Below are positions 58,131 to 64,000 of a DNA stretch of 64,000 nucleotides, in pieces. Every line of letters begins with the position of its first letter. The stretch's first letter is position 1. This DNA is from Pseudomonadota bacterium (GTDB lineage: Bacteria; Campylobacterota; Campylobacteria; Campylobacterales; Sulfurimonadaceae): contig JAZDQA010000008.1 in the NCBI GenBank assembly GCA_043797085.1, positions 96,001 through 160,000 on the forward strand, given 5' to 3'. Below the pieces are notes generated by a model, which did no database searches, was not told the DNA's origin, and was given only the letters and a program-made list of their open reading frames with translations. Made by a program: the position numbers and the translations under genes.

Positions 58131-60038
58131 CTACTTGATCCACTCCGAGTGTGAACGCCAAGTAGCTAACCAATCAGGTAACTCATGCGCTGGCATTGGG
58201 CGAGCGATGGCGTAGCCTTGTGCACATTCACATCCCATTTTTAATAACAGTTCTCCGTGCGCTATGGTTTCTACCCCCTCAGCGATTATATTCAAATGAA
58301 ATGCATCAGCAAGGCTGATAATCCCTGATAAGATTGCAAGATCATTGGGATTATTAAACATATCGCGAATAAAGCTTTGATCAATCTTTATCGTGGCGAT
58401 GGGTAACTGCTGGAGATACGTGAGAGAGGAATAACCGGTACCAAAATCATCAAGCGAAAATAATACTTCGAACTCTCTGCACGATTGTATGATTTTAGAG
58501 ATTCGGCTCATGTCTTCTAGCTTACTGGTTTCCAACACTTCCAGTTCTAAATGAGCAGGGTTTATGTCCGGATGTAATGCTAAAATCTCCTGCAAACGGT
58601 TGACGAAATTATCTTCTTGAAGCTGTCGGGCACTAATATTAACGCTTACGTGAACATCGACTCCCTCGTGATGCCAAAGTTCCATTTGGGTTAAGGCAGC
58701 ATTGATAACCCACTCTCCTAGATCAATTGAGAGTGGATGATCTTCGATCATAGGTAAAAAGTGGGCTGGTTGTAAGAGACCGTTTTGGGGATGTTGCCAT
58801 CGAATCAGCGCCTCTACTCCAATAACGACACCTGTTTTCATATTGACTTTTGGCTGATAATAGAGGAGAAATTCAGATAATTGCATTGCTTTATGCATAT
58901 TTTCTATAAATTCATATCTTTCTCGAAGAAGTGTATCTTGCTGTGTATCAAAAACATGATAGCGATTTCTGCCGGCTAATTTGGCTTGATACATTGCTTG
59001 ATCTGCTTGTCGCAAGAGTAAATCTGTATCTATTTTTTGAGCTTGCGGGTAAAAAGTGACCCCAAGACTTGCAGTGATTTGTAATAATAGATTATCGACA
59101 TTTAATGGCTTGGAAGTTGCCTCTAAAAGACGGATAATCATAGGAATAGCATCTTCGATAGTATTCAAATCAAGTAAAAGTATAACGAACTCATCTCCAC
59201 CTATTCGAGCGATGGTATCCCCCTCTCGAAGGGTTTGTTTCATTTGATTAGAGAGGGTAATGAGGACATGATCTCCTACTTCATGACCATGAGTATCATT
59301 GACTTCTTTAAATCCATCCAAGTCGAGATAAACAACGGCCAAAGGGAGTCCATGACGTTGGGACTGAGCCATCCCTTGACTGAGGCGATCGGATAGCAGT
59401 ACACGATTGGGAAGATTGGTCAGTGCATCGTATTGGGCAATTCGGTTTAATTCATTTTCGTATATCTTTTTTTCGGTAATATCGCTCATTACTAAGCGAA
59501 CGACGGAAATGTCATCACTGTTTTTTGTAACAGTCGTCACTAGATGTGCCCAAAAAGGGGGATTTTCTTCACGAAGCAAACGTAATTCAAAAGAGAATTT
59601 TTCATCCGATTTAAAGAATTTTTTGCGGTACAGATAGTAGTTGTTTTGATCTTCTTTGTGGACAAATTCAGACATGAGCCGTCCAACTAGCTTACTTCGA
59701 CTAATCCCAAACAGTACAGCAGCGGTTAAGTTGGCTTCTAAAATTAATCCCGTCTCAGAAAGAGTACAATAGCCTACAGGCGCCAGGTCATAGAGATCAA
59801 AATAACGCTCACGTTGGGCATCAAGCTCTATTTGCGTTTGACGTAATTCCTCGTTTTGCATTTCCAATTCGATTTGATGAACACGTAATTCATGCAGTAT
59901 ACGACCGATTTCTTCGGGCAACATTTTTTCTAAGTTTTCTCGTGACTCATCCATGTTTTCGCGAGCGATTCTTTCGGCTTGCAAACGTAAGTTTTTTGGT
60001 AGGATGTCTACGTCTTTAAAGTTTCCATCCATAATCAT
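58131..60038 (-). CDS. PAS-GGDEF-EAL protein with an N-terminal coiled coil
   Basis: HELRVHQIELEMQNEEL; RIGGDEF; VEALIRW; LDDFGTGYSSL. Confidence 0.9.
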   Translation of the reverse strand: MIMDGNFKDVDILPKNLRLQAERIARENMDESRENLEKMLPEEIGRILHELRVHQIELEMQNEELRQTQIELDAQRERYFDLYDLAPVGYCTLSETGLILEANLTAAVLFGISRSKLVGRLMSEFVHKEDQNNYYLYRKKFFKSDEKFSFELRLLREENPPFWAHLVTTVTKNSDDISVVRLVMSDITEKKIYENELNRIAQYDALTNLPNRVLLSDRLSQGMAQSQRHGLPLAVVYLDLDGFKEVNDTHGHEVGDHVLITLSNQMKQTLREGDTIARIGGDEFVILLLDLNTIEDAIPMIIRLLEATSKPLNVDNLLLQITASLGVTFYPQAQKIDTDLLLRQADQAMYQAKLAGRNRYHVFDTQQDTLLRERYEFIENMHKAMQLSEFLLYYQPKVNMKTGVVIGVEALIRWQHPQNGLLQPAHFLPMIEDHPLSIDLGEWVINAALTQMELWHHEGVDVHVSVNISARQLQEDNFVNRLQEILALHPDINPAHLELEVLETSKLEDMSRISKIIQSCREFEVLFSLDDFGTGYSSLTYLQQLPIATIKIDQSFIRDMFNNPNDLAILSGIISLADAFHLNIIAEGVETIAHGELLLKMGCECAQGYAIARPMPAHELPDWLATWRSHSEWIK

Positions 60039-63000
60039 GAGTCTACTCTCTTCATATTGATTTTTGATTCAATCATCCGTTCCGTGGTGGCTACTGCATA
60101 GATATTACCGCTTTCGTTTACTAAAGCAGTAGCCGTCAACCAGACTTCTACTATTTGAGCGTCTTTTCTCATTCGTTGCGTAAATAATGGCTCCAAAATT
60201 TCAGCTTGGCTCAACTGATGTACTCGCACTAGCGCTTCTTCTTGGAGAGCTTTTGGTATGCGGTCGCATACATTCATTTTTAGCGCTTCCTCTTCACTCC
60301 AACCATACATTTTCACGGCTCCGGGATTCCAGGCAAGAATCGTACCATCCAAGCTTTGAACGGTAATGGCATCATGCGCATCACGTACAACTACGGCTAA
60401 ACGGAGTAACTCATTGACTTTGAGCTGTGCTTCTGCTGCTTCTTTGCGAGCCGTATTGTCTGTACCGATGAGTAAGTAGCCGATAATCTTCTCTTTATCG
60501 TCACGTAAAGCCGTCACAGAAACGACTGCGGGGAAGCGACTGCCATCTTTACGAACATACGTAAGCTCATAAATATCCTCGATCTCACGGGAAGCTTTAA
60601 ACACCAATGCTTCAAAGCCCGGGGCTATGGGTGTGTTGAATTCCAAACTTAAACTTTCAGCCCTCTGGATGATTTCTGTCGGATCAGAAATATCCGCCGG
60701 TGTGATTTTGTTCATCACCTCCGTGGCGGCATAGCCTAACATTTTCTCTGCACCAACGTTGAAAATTTGAATAACTCCCTTTTTATCGGTAGCAATACTG
60801 GAGAAATTAGTACTGTTAAAAATAGCTCTTTGAAGCGTTCCTGCTTTATAGAGTGCGGCTTCGGCTTCTTTACGGGCGGTATTGTCTATAAAAGTAATGA
60901 CAGCACCCTCTATGACGTTGTCAATCGTTCGGTAGGGGAGGATACGCATCGTGTACCATTTACCAATCACGGTTTGGACATCCAACTCTTTTGGCATCAA
61001 GGTATCCAGCACCGCCTGCACATCATCCACTAGGTTACTATAGCCGATTAAGTTGGAACCAATATGAGAGACAGGTCTTCCTTCATCGCCGGATATAAGG
61101 TTGATTATCATTTTAGCTTCAGGAGTGAAACGGAGAATACGCAGTTGGTGATCCACAAAAACCGTACCAACCCCCGTACCCGCGAGTAAATTGTTCATAT
61201 CATTATTGGCAAGGGATAAATCAGAGACTTTGGTTTGCAGTTCGATATTAACGGTCGCCAACTCTTCATTCGCGGATTGCAACTCTTCTTTCGACGTTTC
61301 AAGCTCTTCATTGGTCGATTGTAACTCTTCGTTTATGGATTGCATCTCTTCGTTTGAGGATTTCAGCTTTTCATTGGAGCTTTCCATCTCTTCATTGGCA
61401 ATTTGAAGATATTCTTCTTTCGCCCACAACTCTTTTTTCAATAGCTCAATACTAAAATGCTCTTCTTGATTTGATCCATCTTCTTGTGATAATGCTTGGA
61501 GGGCCTTTTTTTGAGCTCTTTGTACCTCTATAATCGGTACTTCTTCAAGAATAATCAAGTACAAAGGCGACTCAGGTGTTACCGTAGGATCGACAGAAAC
61601 CACTACGGGGCGGATGGTGAGATTGATGGTATTGAAATGGCCATTAACATTGATGCTCAAACTAGAGTAGCGAACAATCTCTTTTGAGGAGACGGCTTTA
61701 TGCAAAGCAATCGTCAAATCACGCTGTAAGCCTTCACGTGCCATTTTTAGAATATTAATACGGCTGGTTTCACCCACAGGTAATTCCAGATACATTCCCA
61801 TACGCCCATAAAGATAGAGAATGTCACCTTTTATAGTTACAAGTGCTCCTGCGGGTGCAATTTGCTGTAAGAGTGCCTGTTCGGTTAGCTCGCGAAGGGG
61901 TAGTTTTCGCTCAGAGGGCTTTCCTGCTGGCTGAGAAATGACCGTGCGAATGGTGCTTATAGAGGGAAGGAGCTGTTTTATATTAGTCCGTTTTACTCCA
62001 TAGAGCTGTTCTTTTCGTTGGTAAATTTTTGCTTTTCGATCCATTACCGAAAATAGGTCGGTAAAATCGCCGATGCATTCGGAGGTGCCTAAAAAAAGGA
62101 TACCATTGGAATTAAGTGCATAATGAAATAATGGAAAAAGTTTTTTTTGCAACTCTGACCCCATATAAATGAGAAGATTGCGGCAGGAAATGAGGTCCAG
62201 CCTAGAGAAGGGAGGATCTTTAATAATATTATGCTCTGAAAAAATCAGCATATCACGAATATTTTTATGGATTCGATACATACTGCCATCGGGCTCAGCT
62301 GTAAAAAAACGTCCCAGTCGTTCTGCTGTAACATCAGTTGAAATACTGGATGAAAATAGCCCTGTACGGGCTTTTGCTATTGCTTGAGCATCGATGTCCG
62401 TAGCAAAGATCTGAACCACATGGTGCAATTTCATGGCTTCCATATACTCTGACAAAAGTATTGCTATGGAGTACGCTTCTTCGCCCGTAGAACATCCCGT
62501 CGACCAAATTCGAATGACACTTCCTTCGGGTTTAGCGATAAAAAGTTTGGGAATGATATATTCTTCAAGTAGCTTAAATGCTTCTGGGTCACGGAAAAAA
62601 TTGGTGACACCAATTAACAAGTCACGAAACAATGCTACTATCTCGGTCGGTGTATTTTGTAAATATTTAACGTATTTGCCTATCTCATCAATTTGGTGAA
62701 CCACCATGCGTCGTTCAATACGACGATAAATGGTACTAGGCTTATAGAGAGAAAAATCATGACTAGTTTGGGCACGAAGAAGGATAAAAATTTTCTTGAG
62801 CGAATTTTCATACTGTAATGTTGGAGAGGTGGGAGTGCGTGGCAGAGTTCCAAACGCATGGGTCACATAGTCTATCAGTTTGAGGGGCATTTCAGAGGGC
62901 GTAAGCTCGTAATCCACAAGTCCTGTTGCAATGGCACTGCTAGGCATTCCATCGTACTCAGCAGAATTGAGGCTTTGAGCCATCACCATTCCACCTTCTG

Positions 63001-63508
63001 CCTTAATGGCTTGTATTCCTAATGTTCCATCACTGCCAGTACCGGTCAAGATGATAGCGATAGCTTTTTGTGCCTGATCTTGTGCCAAAGAACGAAAAAA
63101 GTAATTAATGGGTAAACGATGACCATGCAGTTCAGTAGGCTCAAAAAGTTGCAGGATTCCATTTAAAATAGCCATATCCTGACCTGGTGGAATGACATAA
63201 ACACAGTTGGGCTGTACCGCCATACCATCTTCAACTTCGAAAACTTTCATACTGGTATAGTGGCTGATGAGTTCTGTCAGGATACTTTTATGCTCGGGAG
63301 AAAGATGCTGAACGAGCACATACGCCATTTCAGAATCAACATTAGCGGGCAAACCTGAAAAGAAAGCCTCAAAAGCCGCTAAACCTCCAGCGGAAGCACC
63401 TATGCCTACAATGGGAAAATTTAATTGGGTATCAGTATCGTAAGGTTCAATGGTATTTTTGGTTTCAGAGAATTGGTCTGGTTGAGCATTCTCCGTTATT
63501 ACTGTCAT
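60035..63508 (-). CDS. CheB/CheR fusion protein with coiled coil and PAS domains
   Basis: GIGASAGG, QHLSP, GTGSDG (CheB); VTNFFRD, GCSTGEEAYS, DLISCRN (CheR); NEELQSTNEELETSKEEL. Confidence 0.92.
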   Translation of the reverse strand: MTVITENAQPDQFSETKNTIEPYDTDTQLNFPIVGIGASAGGLAAFEAFFSGLPANVDSEMAYVLVQHLSPEHKSILTELISHYTSMKVFEVEDGMAVQPNCVYVIPPGQDMAILNGILQLFEPTELHGHRLPINYFFRSLAQDQAQKAIAIILTGTGSDGTLGIQAIKAEGGMVMAQSLNSAEYDGMPSSAIATGLVDYELTPSEMPLKLIDYVTHAFGTLPRTPTSPTLQYENSLKKIFILLRAQTSHDFSLYKPSTIYRRIERRMVVHQIDEIGKYVKYLQNTPTEIVALFRDLLIGVTNFFRDPEAFKLLEEYIIPKLFIAKPEGSVIRIWSTGCSTGEEAYSIAILLSEYMEAMKLHHVVQIFATDIDAQAIAKARTGLFSSSISTDVTAERLGRFFTAEPDGSMYRIHKNIRDMLIFSEHNIIKDPPFSRLDLISCRNLLIYMGSELQKKLFPLFHYALNSNGILFLGTSECIGDFTDLFSVMDRKAKIYQRKEQLYGVKRTNIKQLLPSISTIRTVISQPAGKPSERKLPLRELTEQALLQQIAPAGALVTIKGDILYLYGRMGMYLELPVGETSRINILKMAREGLQRDLTIALHKAVSSKEIVRYSSLSINVNGHFNTINLTIRPVVVSVDPTVTPESPLYLIILEEVPIIEVQRAQKKALQALSQEDGSNQEEHFSIELLKKELWAKEEYLQIANEEMESSNEKLKSSNEEMQSINEELQSTNEELETSKEELQSANEELATVNIELQTKVSDLSLANNDMNNLLAGTGVGTVFVDHQLRILRFTPEAKMIINLISGDEGRPVSHIGSNLIGYSNLVDDVQAVLDTLMPKELDVQTVIGKWYTMRILPYRTIDNVIEGAVITFIDNTARKEAEAALYKAGTLQRAIFNSTNFSSIATDKKGVIQIFNVGAEKMLGYAATEVMNKITPADISDPTEIIQRAESLSLEFNTPIAPGFEALVFKASREIEDIYELTYVRKDGSRFPAVVSVTALRDDKEKIIGYLLIGTDNTARKEAAEAQLKVNELLRLAVVVRDAHDAITVQSLDGTILAWNPGAVKMYGWSEEEALKMNVCDRIPKALQEEALVRVHQLSQAEILEPLFTQRMRKDAQIVEVWLTATALVNESGNIYAVATTERMIESKINMKRVDS

Positions 63509-63658
63509 AGGTATTTCCCTGTTGTATAAACTTATTACTTATTGATCATAATAAGCTTATACATATTAACTGGCTACCCTTAAGATTGAGCGTAATTGTA
63601 TACTTTGACAGACAAAGCATACAAAAGAGTGAATTCTCTACGGTGATGATACAGAAGC

Positions 63659-64000
63659 TTACGCCTGTACGCTCTCTTCTTTATAAACATAGATAGGTTC
63701 GTTACTCGAATCTTCGATCACCGCTTCGGTGATGGTGAGGCTTTGTAGATTCTTTTTTGACGGACAGCTAAATTGCAACGGCAACATTGCTTCTTCGATA
63801 ATACTGCGTAATCCGCGTGCTCCGACACCACGATCGATTGCTTTTTGGGCAACGGCATCGAGGGCTTTGGCTTCAAAGTTCAGCTCGATACCGTCCATAT
63901 CAAACAGCGCTTGAAACTGTTTGATGAGGGCATTATCCGGTTCTTGGAGAATCTGAACCATTTGCTCTTTGGTTAGCTCGGTTAGCTGTGCAACGACGGG
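63659..64000 (-). CDS. clpX: ClpX ATPase, C-terminal part (partial; runs off the window)
   Basis: PVVAQL.EL...MV.IL.EP.NALIKQFQALF.MDG.EL.F...A.KAI.R..GARGLRSIIE. Confidence 0.85.
   Translation of the reverse strand, partial: PVVAQLTELTKEQMVQILQEPDNALIKQFQALFDMDGIELNFEAKALDAVAQKAIDRGVGARGLRSIIEEAMLPLQFSCPSKKNLQSLTITEAVIEDSSNEPIYVYKEESVQA

Noticed and set aside
61200..61400. Repetitive NEE(L/M)(Q/E)S coding stretch
   Set aside because: This is the normal coiled-coil heptad region of CheB/CheR fusions.

Overview
AT-rich chromosomal window that looks like a sulfur-oxidising Campylobacterota (Sulfuricurvum/Sulfurimonas-like; this is an inference from gene content and style). It has five parts. 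(1) 1-8.3 kb: the end of a chemosensory/two-component cluster (His-less kinase, cheD, cheB, response regulators, HD-GYP). (2) 8.3-38.2 kb, plus nifS at 57 kb and a partial clpX at the right edge: a dispersed nitrogen-fixation accessory region. It holds an atypical P-II, nifU, nifT, nifA, nifQ, a nifO-like gene, a nifX-like gene, two ferredoxins, a TOBE protein, tpx, a flavodiiron protein, ald, two AAA+/VWA pairs and many hypotheticals. No nifHDK/ENB genes lie in this window. (3) 38.2-40 kb: a GNAT remnant and a HEPN-MNT-AbiH mini defence cassette. (4) tRNA-Gly(TCC) at 45 kb and a probable mqnK. (5) Many c-di-GMP enzymes (7 GGDEF, 3 EAL, 1 HD-GYP). The most striking signal is non-coding: 11 copies of a strictly spaced -24/-12-type motif, [ACT]G-WAYR-N4-WTG(C)A, in front of the nif-related transcription units. 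None has the normally invariant sigma54 GG. This motif defines a candidate nif regulon, which includes two paralogous AAA+/VWA modules whose peptidase motifs are degenerate. All calls were made by eye from motifs; no searches were run.
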